Shown here in pieces: positions 26,447 to 38,054 of a stretch of 64,000 nt of DNA. The stretch spans positions 6,014,001 through 6,078,000 of the forward strand of contig CM068750.1 in NCBI GenBank assembly GCA_035084275.1, read 5' to 3'. Below the pieces are notes generated by a model, which had not been told where the DNA came from, ran no database searches, and worked only from the letters and a program-made list of their open reading frames with translations. This DNA is from Hydrolagus colliei. Taxonomy: Eukaryota. Positions within the stretch are counted from its first letter, which is position 1; each line of letters opens with the position of its first letter. The translations under genes and the position numbers were made by a program.

Positions 26447-27105
26447 TCAAATTGATGTCCTCAAAACTGAATTTGTACCATGCTTTAAACATGAGACTAA
26501 TGAACTCTAGAAGTGTATAGGACTTAAACTAGGGAATTTTTTCATTTAATTTTCCATGTTTGTTTCAAGCGGAACAGTGCGCCTGATATACTTTATTTAA
26601 TGCAGTAAATGGGATAGCGGCGTGACACGTTAGGAAATGATTTATTTGGGACCATAAAAGGTTTATAATATGGATGTTTATCCAAATTGTAAAATATGAC
26701 TGGTGCAAAGAGATCAAAGTGATTCTTGGTAGGTAACTGAATCGGTCACTGGTGCATGCCCAATTTAGGCAATTGTACGATTCATTAAAAAAAAGGACCC
26801 ATCGAGATTGAATGTGTTTCTGAGACTGAAAATGTCCAGTTCATTCAGCCCTTTTAGTAACTAATTGACTGCTTATTGACCTGTTGTTGCTGAATCTGCC
26901 AATTGGACATGAGCACAAACACATACATTACCATGCATCTGACTATAGTAGCTTCCAATTTTGCTGCTCAGACTTGATTATTGTCTGGCAGGCACTGACA
27001 ATTGAGTTGTTATTTGCTAAACAATAATTTAGCACAGCGAAATTCCAATTACCGTGCTGATAATTAATCAATTTTGTTATTACATGAACAATTTAATCTA
27101 CTTAC

Positions 27106-27216
27106 CTTTTTGTCCCTGCCTCCGATTTCCTCTGTTAATGAGTAGTCATACACCGGTGAAGACCCTTGAGGCCTTGGTCTAACAGTTTCTACAAATTCAG
27201 TTGGCAGCTCACACAC
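27106..27216 (-). CDS. AHNAK2: AHNAK2 coding exon 3 (VCELPTEFVETVRPRPQGSSPVYDYSLTEEIGGRDKK)
   Basis: cctcgttctag|GTG acceptor, AAG|gtaagt donor, 111 nt (phase 0 to 0). Contains the AHNAK2-type RPRPQGSSPVY motif. Confidence 0.92.
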
Positions 27217-27730
27217 CTAGAACGAGGATATTGCAAATGTCACATCACAAAACCAAAAGGAAATCTTAAATCAAATAAAATGGCCTGGACATATTTTATT
27301 TTCAATTGGGTATTTTTAATGAAAGACCATTTTGTTATCCAACCTACCATTGTTATCTAATGTTATCTGATTCAAATAATATTTATAAAAGTTTGTTTCA
27401 TTTCCTCTGACTGCACACTAGCCATTTCTTATTACCGTATTAAGATCAAGGCCTTTTTAGGAAAAGGTTAAACATTTCCCGCAATAAAAAGAATATTATT
27501 GGTTAGCATGTAATATAAGAACTTTCATCCAAATTACTATTGTTTAAAGAAATGGGATACATTCAAATCATGTGTTTAATAATTTTTGAAAACACTAGTT
27601 TTTAAAATATTTACACTCAGATATGCAGTGCCAATCTAATATATATTGCAGAGACTGTATCCTAGAACTATTTCATACTTGTTTCATAATTATAGTTGAA
27701 TAGCTGATAATTTCATAAATGATTACTTAC

Positions 27731-27783
27731 AGAATCATCATCTCCATCTTCTGCCTCGGTGTCCTTCAGACACTGGACAGATC
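27731..27783 (-). CDS. AHNAK2: AHNAK2 coding exon 2 (GSVQCLKDTEAEDGDDDS)
   Basis: tttttccccctgtag|GA acceptor, TCT|gtaagt donor, 53 nt (phase 1 to 0). Acidic tract like recalled human GAETEDDHS. Confidence 0.88.
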
Positions 27784-28069
27784 CTACAGGGGGAAAAAAA
27801 CTGCTTAATAGCTGCAGGAAATAACAATACTTAAAATATTGTGATACTTAAAATATAAAGTTAAGATAGTCTTCACAAATGTCTTCACAAATGCTGTCTA
27901 TCCACATTAAACAAGCCCTAACATAAGCTGTTGTATGCAAGATTTTCTTAAATCTCAGATTTCATGGCCACAGGGCATCGGGTCCCGATAAATGCTTCAG
28001 TCTGAATTCTCTTCCCAACCACATTCTATGTGCACTAGTTGTCATGGCACCATCAGAAAACAAGACATA

Positions 28070-28560
28070 CACTATCTTTATGGTAATAGTGTTTCTTCGC
28101 AATAAAAAGAAGGCAAAGTTTAGGACTGTGAAGAACAATTTCAGGACAGGCACCAGGAAGTATTTCTTTACACACACAGAAGATAATTAATGATCGAAAC
28201 AGGAAGGGCTTTGGAGGCTAGATTAATTGACAAAACAGCTTAATGTGATATTGCAGAACAGTCAGTGGGTCTTTTGAAGGATATTATGAAACTGGCCAAA
28301 GAACCTTATTCAGTAATCAAAGAGGGGTGGAGGGCAAGGGGGGTGGAGGAGGGAACATGACCGAAGGCACAGACGGAAAGGAAGATCTTCAGATGGGCTT
28401 TGATGGAGACAAGAGGGGGCGGGTAGCAGTGGAGTGCTGGGATGGAGCTCTGCAGCGTGGGGGCTGAAAAACTGATAGTGGAGCAAACAGGTTGGTGAAG
28501 TTTTAATAGGTCGCAAAGGCAGGATGAAAAAACAATTCAAATCTAATTCTAGCATACAGA
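28070..28560. mobile_element. Degenerate CR1 3' fragment (+) followed by an L2 fragment (-)
   Basis: caggaagtatttctttacacacacagaag is CR1-like. The purine-rich gaagatcttcagatgggctttga...ggagctctgcagcgtgggggctga looks like antisense L2. Confidence 0.5.
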
Positions 28561-29347
28561 GATTCTATCTAGTCAAAGCTGAATTGATTTCAACTGGTGG
28601 AGGGTCATGGTTTTATGAAGGGGCGCCAACAACTGAAGATTGTTATAAACACAGTAAATAATTCAGTTATCATAAAACACAACCTAATGACATCTTTATT
28701 GGTATATAATGATGCCGTTCTTAGTTATTGTGTTAAAACAAATGCCTAATATCTTTCTGTATTTGACATGCAATCCCGGATTTAGTTGGATTTGGTGGAA
28801 TTAGCACATTATATAACTGTATGCAGGGCTACCATTAACTTCCAAATCTGAAATTATAGAATTGTTGAAGCATTTCTGGATGAATTACTTTATCGCAGTT
28901 GATGTGAAGCACCTCTCATACACTTTTTGGTTCAATAACTCCAAATTTTCATTGTTTGATGAGATAATCAATATTTTTTTAAGTTTTAAATAGTTAACTG
29001 AAAATCAAAAAGAAATTAACATTAGTCGTAATTATTTGTGTTGGAGGACTTGGTTGGAAAACTGATTTTTAAACACCGAAAGATAATTTTTATAACTTTA
29101 AAAGGTTATAAACTTTAAAACTTTAAAATGTTTTATCATTTTAAAGTTTATATGATGTCATCCAACCATTCTTTCACCCTCCCAACTATTTTTATGATAA
29201 AAATTCTTTGCCCCTTTTACAATATTTGATGGAAAAGTTGGAAAATGTTAGAAAATATCACCCTTAGAAATAAATCATCCTTTTATTTCCATTATCTTCC
29301 AGCAGAGTAATGAAACATTAACTCTAGTTAAGATCTGTGTTAAACTT

Positions 29348-29500
29348 TGTGACCACATCAGTCCCATCCTCGCCCAGCTCCATTGGCTACCCCGCCCAAC
29401 CATCGGTGGCCAAGCTTTCAGTCTCTCTGCCCCCACATTGGTTTCAAGACTCTCCTCTTCGATTGTGTCTTCTGCCATCCTCCCAACTCTCTCACTCTCA
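29348..29500 (+). mobile_element. L2 LINE fragment
   Basis: gaccacatcagtcccatcctcgcccagctccattggctaccc encodes DHISPILAQLHWLP, typical of the L2 ORF2 C-terminus; also catcggtggccaagctttcag. Confidence 0.75.
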
Positions 29501-32500
29501 TTTGTCCCACAAACTACAAGCATTGAATAGAATATCAAATCTGGAGAGCTTTTAACTATTTTGAATACTGAGGTTTAGACTGTGGATATGAACGAACATT
29601 GTGCAATTTTGCCAGGTTACCATACAGTATTGTCCTAGAATATTAAATGGCGGGTGTGAAATTTGTTACAGGGCAGATAGTACTTAGCCTGAGGAAGGAG
29701 TGGGTTTGGTAGCTCAATTGGCTTTTCCCAATTTTACTTTTTCTTGGTCTCTTAAGACACCTTTTTATTCTTAATGGTTGAAATCAGTCAATTCAACAGA
29801 GACTGGCATTCATATCTGTAACTTCATGGTCTGCATGGTATAGGCCTGGATACCTTTGCTCACTTGATCCCCTTCCTTTCATCTTAAGGGAAAGAACCAA
29901 TAGTTCACATCTGTGCTTCTCTTTAATACCATCTGCTGGAAATGAACCATCTATTGGATCATAGATACAGACTTGGATCTTGTCATTCTATGAAGCAATA
30001 TTGTCCATATTGCCAATTACAGGTACCTCACAAAAAGTCACTTTTGTCGTCCAAAAGACCAAACACTTTTAAATAAATTGCTCTTAATGCAAAAATGCTT
30101 AAAATTCAATTTGCATAAGAACTCTTTTGACTAATGAAACAATTCCACGCACAAATACACAATGGTAGCATTATTGCACCGATAAAAGAGAAATTTGAGA
30201 AATTTTCAACAACATGACGCTGTACATTTAATTTACTAATTCAATCCAGTGTGTTGGATAACTGACATAAATCCCGTGAGCAAGTTGTGGTAAATAGTTG
30301 ACCCTACCAAATGAAAGAGTAAGCAGGCATGTAGCATTCCAAGCTAAAAATAATCAGCAGTTCGTGCACGTCACATGGTATAATCCCACTGACACTGACT
30401 CTATGTCTGACATGGTTAGTAAAACATATTAAAGATTTCTACTGCTGCTCAGAAACATGTGAGAGTCCGAAGTACGGTATTTCGAATGGTGGATATTTTA
30501 GCTGCTTCTGAGGCTACTGATGGTCAGATGTGGCAAATATTTAACTTACTCCTGGTTGATATTGGGAAATTTTTCCAATATTTATCTGCTGAAGTAAACT
30601 GTCGTGGCCTTGAGGTGTATTTTCTTCCATTTTCTATGGTAGACCGAATGCAGTTCCATGGATCCAACACAGGAACAGTGCAGGAATCTATAGCATTGAT
30701 GAGCATTAGAATCTGCACTGGTCAACAACAGCATCAACTTGCACTTATATAGTGCCCTCTGCACTGGGTAGCGTTTCAGAGTGCTTAAAAGTGGCGGAGT
30801 CTGGCCAAGTTGGTATTGAGTTTCAGCCAGAAATTAAAAATTGGATGTGCAACAAGAGGAATTGCTAAGAGGAAACGTTTTTACCACTTTAAACTGGGAA
30901 ACAAACTGTGGATAATATAATTTTTAAGCATTTTAAGCAACATGGCAGTGTAGATTGTCTGCAAAATAATAATTAATTATATTTGTCTAGCATGTGTACT
31001 TCTAAAAAAACAAAGACCATTGTTAATCACGTTGAGAGGTCTATGGGAATGCACATATACTGCAGTTGAATTCTGATAAATCCACAACATTTTTCCGGGG
31101 AATTTTATTATATGATCATGACTTGTAATATAAATTCTAAACTGCAGGTGGAAATCATCAGTTGGCAAATCTATACAATGTGCCCATTTAAACACTCAAG
31201 TCCGAAGTTCCATCGAACCACTAAAACGTTTGTTGCAAATATGTTTTCACTCAACTTTTAAATTGTCTTTACAGTAAATGAAAATCAAACTGAAACTTCC
31301 TTGCATTTATTGTGCCACTGATTGATGGTACTGTCTTCAAGAAACCGAAAACAAGGTGTAATGAAATATGTCATTTGAAGCACCATAATTTTTATTATGT
31401 AATAATAGTTAGTTGGCCCTTCTATGGCTGCTCTCACTTCAAATGTAAAAGCATTTCAACCACTTTTTCAAGGCAATATCTCTTCAAAGATGGAATAATT
31501 GGCGGTATTTTCTGCTGGAATCATAATACTGTATTTAAATGTGTTTGAAAAAAAACTCAGATTTTTACGAGAGTGAATGATGGATGGTTAGCTCAAGTAA
31601 CAATCTCTACTTGGACCATTATTATTATCTTTATTGTTATTATCTCTATTACTGGAAGTAACATATTTAGAATAATAATCATTCTTGAAGTTGATGTAGA
31701 TTTTATTACATAATTGAAATGCCTCAGGGACTGCACAGGATTTACTGTGAAGTGTAGTGACTGTGTACTTGAAGGAGCGGACTATTGCAGCAATCAACTC
31801 TATGGACATATTTATGTTTTTTAAAATATTTCATTAAAAATGTGCGAATTGAATCAATTAACCTCTGATTTTTTTAAGTGTAGTCAGTTACTGAAGTGAT
31901 TAAATGTGCAGAAGCTAGGCTTATTTGGCTTGATGTTGATGTATTCGAGGAAAAGAGTGAGCAAACAGTTAAATTGCTGATAGACAACCCCATTTCATTC
32001 GGGAGACCCTTAGAGCCAAGCCAGTACACAGCAAATCTCCAACTAACCAATAAAAGCAAAATGTAGGTGTGTGTATTTTATATTCACTGAGTCAAGATTC
32101 TTCTGTGTCCCTGAATTCTAACTACATCAAATTTATACACAGAACTGAACAGGCCTGTCAACTGCCGGCTCCACAAAGCTTTCAGCTAATTGCTATATTG
32201 ATTTTAAAATGTTCATTCAATTATAATTTAATTACTCAGTACAGCGTTAATTATGTGTTATTAAGAGGTGGATCTAAAACCCTCAACACTACATTTTTTA
32301 ATTAAAAACCACTTCATTTGAAAAGCTATCCTATTTGAAGTAATTTGGTGCCTGTGTCTCAAGGTTCCATTTACACATGCCTTGTTCCAGCAATTTGACA
32401 CCCTTATTTACCTCTATATTGCCTTGAAATTAAAATCAAATTGCCCATAACATAATAAGTAAAAGAAAATAGCAAGGCAAATTAGCAATTCTGTATACAG

Positions 32501-32600
32501 TATAACAAAAAGAGTGCAGTATTGCAGGAAACTGAACATTCAAGGAAACAATAATAATATGCCAAATATGGCATAATAATGTTTGGTAATACAGTACTGT

Positions 32601-32700
32601 GCTGGGTTGTATTGTCTGTTGTAGCATTGCATTGCTGGGTTGTATTGTCTGTTGTAGCATTGCATTGCTGGGTTATATTGTCTGTTGTAGCATTGCATTG
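32601..32700. repeat. 33-bp tandem repeat x3 (gctgggttgtattgtctgttgtagcattgcatt)
   Basis: Three near-identical copies at 32601, 32634 and 32667. Confidence 0.95.
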
Positions 32701-34049
32701 TAAAACATTAAACACACCTTGCTGTTTATACCAACAACAGAAAACGCTCACATTTTGCTGATCAAATAGAATACTGTATCCCCAGCCCACACCACAGGTT
32801 AGGTTAGTGTTCATACATCTGGATCACATTATATACAAAGACTTAAGCTGTCAAAATCAGAGGCAGGACTCAAATCCCGAAGGAGCTTTCGCAATACTAA
32901 GGTCACTTGCCAGAACTACACTGTAGATTGGCAAGACAGCAGCAAATGGGCAGATGTAAGCTTTATTCTGTTAACTGTATGTGAGCCTTCCAGCTCTGCA
33001 CTGCTGTAAGTCAGTTCATTCTGCGATTAACACCTATACTGTACAACTGTGTAACATTAGACATATTCCAATAAATGCAAAGAGCATTTATATCAGAGAT
33101 CTATGCTGAGAACTACGTCAGTCCTGTAGATTTAAGTGAGAATAGTTAATGTGTGAGAATAATTTTTGCATGTAGTTATCAAAGTATCTCATGTTGACAC
33201 ATACTAAGTGTGTCAAGTGACACCTCCATTACAACACAGAAAAATAGCCAGTTTGCTATAAACAGTGTCTTTTTGTCCTTAATTAGAAAATGGTCACACC
33301 GTTTTTGTAATGACTCCCAAACTTAGTGTTGTAGAGAATAAGGGCTTACTGTGTTTAACTTTGTTTGTACTTGTAACTTTGATATACAGTACTGTTGTTT
33401 TACATGGCATCAATACCTTAGCTTTCAGGACAAAATAACAAGGCTGGAAACAACCCTGCATATTACAAGAAGAGTGTAATATCCCTGGAAACTCAACATT
33501 CGAGTAAACAATACAACGTGTTCATTGCCAAGACCTCTTTGGCACCAAATTACAAACTTTGTAACACACTGTGGATGGGGAACGTTGCAAAGCATCTATT
33601 TCTGTTTTAGTTAAACAATTCCTGTAAAAGGCTTCATTTGTGTATTTGACTAGTTTACAAAATACTCTGCCTATGGAAGGCTAGAAATGGGACAGATCCC
33701 AAGAATTCGCTACAATAAATAACGATTGTAAAATAAGATGCTTTTATCCATGGGTTTCACATAATAAATCAAGCTTGTTCCATTGACAAAAGAGCATTAA
33801 AACATCCTCATCAGTATAATAAACCATGTGCTTTAAAATGGCCTGAGACAAAAAGCATTGCTTAGCCTGGGAAGTTTTAAAGAGTCAGTAAAATGGCAAA
33901 CACTCAAACTATGCTGTTGAGCTTATGCATTGTAATTGTATTAAATTCCCCCAAATAATAATTAATGTTTCAAGCAGTTTATTCATTTTTTGAAAAAACA
34001 TTGTGGGGTACAATTATGTTTCTGGTTTTCTCCCCACTGGTACCTATAT

Positions 34050-34335
34050 ATAATAATCCTTGCATTTAAAATAGTGCTATTCACAACTTCTAGACATCTC
34101 AAAGTGTAAAGTGAATTGACTATATACTTGTGGGCGAAACGCGGCAGTCAGTGGCGCACAGCAGTATCCCACAAACATGGATTGAAATTACCAATTTATT
34201 ATTATTATTTTTTAGGGATTATTATGATTGTGGAGTAAGGAAACCCGCCCAAGGTTTTACCCTGACTGGCCAGGATTTCAAGACAGGTCTCATGTTTGTA
34301 AAGCGAGTACTCTAACCACTAAGCTAAAGGACTCC
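34050..34335 (-). mobile_element. tRNA-derived SINE with L2-like (ATT)n tail
   Basis: Head agtggttagagtactcgc...cagggtaaaaccttgggcgggtttccttactccac and tail aaatgcaaggattatt; same family as 37289 and 47810. Confidence 0.8.
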
Positions 34336-34394
34336 ACATATATATATATATATACTATATATGTGTATATATATATGCCTCTCTGCTCCTAGTC

Positions 34395-34690
34395 TGACCT
34401 CCTGTTGCTGGGATGTGAATCCACAGACACTGGCTGTCTCCTGATATTGTTAATGTGTGAGCCTTGGCAGTGAGTGTAGACAACTCATTTGACTTTGGTG
34501 GACATCACAGGTGAGGGCTGGCCTCGCCCCACACAGCCATCGCACACATGCAAAATTCAGAAGAGCATAATGTAGAAGGACCAGAAGCAATAATCCTGGG
34601 TGGATTTCCTCCAAACCCAACCCAACGTGGAAAGTTTGGGGCAATTATGCAGCCTTGACCGAGACCAGCAAACTCAGCTCTATTCACAGC
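34395..34690 (-). mobile_element. AmnSINE2-like ancient SINE
   Basis: The minus strand gctgagtttgctggtctc...ctgtgatgtccaccaaagtcaaat...acactcactgccaaggctcacacattaacaat...gtggattcacatcccagca resembles the recalled AmnSINE2 consensus collinearly. Confidence 0.6.
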
Positions 34691-35079
34691 ACAATCAGAG
34701 CTGCTCCTTGAGCAGTTTATTTATGATTTCCATCCACTAATACATGTGAAAGATGTAAACCACATGGAACTTGTACAGTAATATGTTTTGGCAAACTGGT
34801 AAGTGGGCTATTTCTGCATTACCTAAGCTGTAACTGAAATGTTGCTGTCAACAACTCATTTGTGAGCTCAGAACTGTGCAAATGCTGATTGAAGGTTTTC
34901 CATTTTTCCAAATAGGTTTTCCTATACACTTGAATTTTCTATTGGAGCACCAGATATGTAAAGTCATGCAAAATAATTTCATAATTTAAATTTGCAAGGC
35001 ATCACTGTTTTAAGTTGATGTTGCAATATAATATTAACCACAACAACATCTGACTTTTGCAACAAAAAAAATCCACCAT

Positions 35080-35302
35080 TTATTTTCGCCCACAAAATAT
35101 AAAATCAATTCACTTTACAATATATTCTGCGAAGCATTTTGAGACGTCTGGATGATGTGAAAAGCGCTATGTCAAATGCAATGATTATTATTACTATTTA
35201 CTTTCAACACTAGCTTGTGAAACTTTTGTGAACTTTTGTGTCAGTTTCGCACAGTACTTCCGACGTGAAAGGCGCTCTATCAATGTAATTTTGTTGTTGT
35301 TG
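35080..35302 (+). mobile_element. SINE 3' half followed by an L2 3' tail
   Basis: caattcactttacaatatattctgcgaagcattttgagacgtc...aaatgcaatgattattatt, then cgacgtgaaaggcgctctatcaatgtaattttgttgttgttg. Confidence 0.7.
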
Positions 35303-37288
35303 TACTTTGCACCAGGGGGATTCTGCGTTCAAATTCCAGTATTCCATCATTTTGAAGTTGGCAAAAAAATAAATAGCACGAGTAAAATATATTTTCCTTT
35401 GCAGGAAATCTGTGGGGGTTTTGTGTGGAGCTGAACTGGGTCCAAAGAGAACGTGCCTGCGAGGATTGCCTCCTAGGATTGATTATTTTAAATGCTACCT
35501 TTCAAATAATTGTAATGTTAACAGAAATGTGCCAACTAATTAATTTAATTTCTTCTCACTTCACGCTGGCACCTTGCTCAGACTTAAAACACCCTTTTAT
35601 GACGCAGCATATGCAATACATTTAAGTAACCACAGACTTTAAGCTGAAGAGTTACTGCATTTCCATTGCAATGTGGAAATTACTACACTTTTCCAAACAC
35701 ATTTTGGAGAAATGTTTGACAAATAGCAATTCCAATTTCAAGCAGTTTGCAATCTAAATGACAAGGTACTCAATTCATATCATCTTTTCCTCCCATACAA
35801 TATGTTCATATCGCTCCTCAATTTGTGTGTAATTTTCTGGTTGAAATAAAAATAAATCTAAAAATGTAGATTGCTAATAATCACTTCATTTCACATCGAC
35901 TGGAGAGACAGATTACTGCCTACATTGCAACCCAGCCTGTACATGTATCATTTACGATTGCACAGACCTTGTGTTTTCAAGTCTAATTAAATTCAGACCT
36001 GGTGTGATTTCTACACACACCATGGAAATCAAAACCACAGTGTCCAACATGCTTCAAGTTCTTGCCCTTCAAAAACACAGCAACATGACCAGATAGATCA
36101 TTTACAACTGTCTTTTCTGAACACTTTTATTTAGGTTTCAAGTTTCTTTAGACCCAAACCCTTGTTTCCTGAGTGAAGTTTTCTTGGCAACCAGACAAAA
36201 TAAATAGGAGTGGTGATATTTTCATCTAGCAGATCAAATAATCATTAGCGCACCAAAAAAACGAGTGTTTTTTTTCCTCCAGATATCTGTATACGTTCCC
36301 CACCCACCCACACACAGAAAAATGTATTTCCAATCGTGGCTTTAGGAGCGAAACGTTCAAATAAGTACACATTCCTAGGGTTTGGCTTGAGCAGTGTAGA
36401 AACTTTACAAAATAACAAACACAGTATGATCCATATTTTCAGTAGGAAAGAGCCACTGGAATCCCAAATGCAGAGTAATGTCTGCGAGGAGAGCAGCAAA
36501 GAGGGGGTGGTGGGGGGGGGAGTGCAAACTTAAAAACTTACCAAAAGTAGATCTTTAGTTCTCAGGAAGTTCTAAGCCAGCCAAACTTGATGAAATTGTA
36601 GAAACTGGCCCTGAAGTTGAACCAGCCCAGCCCCACAGCCCTGACTCTACTGCTCTCTTTAACAGTGTGAGTGACAACCCTGCAGTGTTTTCGTGAGACT
36701 CGTTTCTTCTATGTAAGGATGAAGAGGGCGGTGCAAGGGAATTAAATATGACTGGAGCTCTGGCAGACCAGCTGCATAACCAAATCTAAAGCACTGTGGG
36801 CAAGCCTAATATCCTTTGAAATCTAAACCCACAGTTTTAAAGGAACAACTAGGCTGCTACATTTAGAGCAAAGATGAGCAATCACAGCTTCCCCTATTCC
36901 CAATCCCAGTTGTCCCAACATAACTCAACAGTTAGGAATATAGTGTAAACAGATCACTGGAACATCTTACCTTGCAATCTTTTGCCTCGAGGATATACTG
37001 TCTGAGGTATTGAAGTTAATAGCATTAATGATATACAGTACAGTCTTACTATCTTGTGGCTCACGACCTATATTTAAATAGGATCCTTTACATAGACATC
37101 TCGCAGAGTTTTTTTTTACAGTAAAGGAAGGTGTGGGAAAAGAGTTATTTCAGAGGGCACTTTTACAGATGTATTTCAAATTTCAAATGGAATTGAGAAA
37201 GTAAACCCTGAACAATACTTTCAGAAATCTGAAAACAATCTTGTCTGCTTGACTTCATTTAACACTTTCGTTTTCTAACTTTCTTATA

Positions 37289-37568
37289 TGGTTAGAGCAC
37301 TCGCCTTACAAACAGCAGACCTGTGTTTCGAATCCAGGCAGGTCAGGGCGAAACCTTGGACAAATTTCCTTACTCCACACGCCTAATAATAATAGGTCAT
37401 TTCAATCGACTACTGTTTGTGGGGACACTGCTGTGTGCTATTGGCTGCCACATTCCGCCCACAAATACACAGCCAATTCACTTTACAGCATATTCTGTGA
37501 AGCGCTTTGAGACGTCTAGAAGACTTGAAAAGCTCTATATCAAAATGCAAGGATTATTATTATTATTA
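37289..37568 (+). mobile_element. Near full-length tRNA-derived SINE
   Basis: A-box-like tggttagagcac, B-box-like gtttcgaatcc, tail gcgctttgagacgtctagaagac...aaatgcaaggattattattattatt. Confidence 0.85.
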
Positions 37569-37990
37569 CATAAAGATGTTTTCAACGGAGTTTGGAACAG
37601 TTGCCAGCAGGTGAATTGAGGGCCATTGCCATTGACAGTCAGTGTGCCATTGAAGTCTGTACCTTCAAAGTATCTCTTGTGTTCAATAGCAACACAGTAC
37701 TTTGCTGTAATGTTCAGTTTTTTTTCTCTTAATGGTACAGTAGCAGTAATCCACTTTGATAATTAAACATCACTTAAGTGTACAATTGGGGCGGGTCAGT
37801 GCAATTATCAATCTGTCTCCTGAGGTGTTCAATTACACCAAAGATAATGCCTACGTCTGCTCTTATTATTATATTTGGAACATTATTTTTAATAATTATT
37901 TTAATAAATTGAATGCAAACTGGTTTCACACAGGTAAGGGGGAGGGGGAAGGGAATGGGGGAAGGGAATGAGGGAGGCGCTGGGACAAAA

Positions 37991-38054
37991 TATTTACCTT
38001 CATTGGAAATTGAATTCGACAATTTACCTTCATGGGAATTTGAATTCGACAATT
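37991..38054. repeat. 30-bp tandem duplication
   Basis: atttaccttcattggaaattgaattcgaca and atttaccttcatgggaatttgaattcgaca. Confidence 0.85.
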
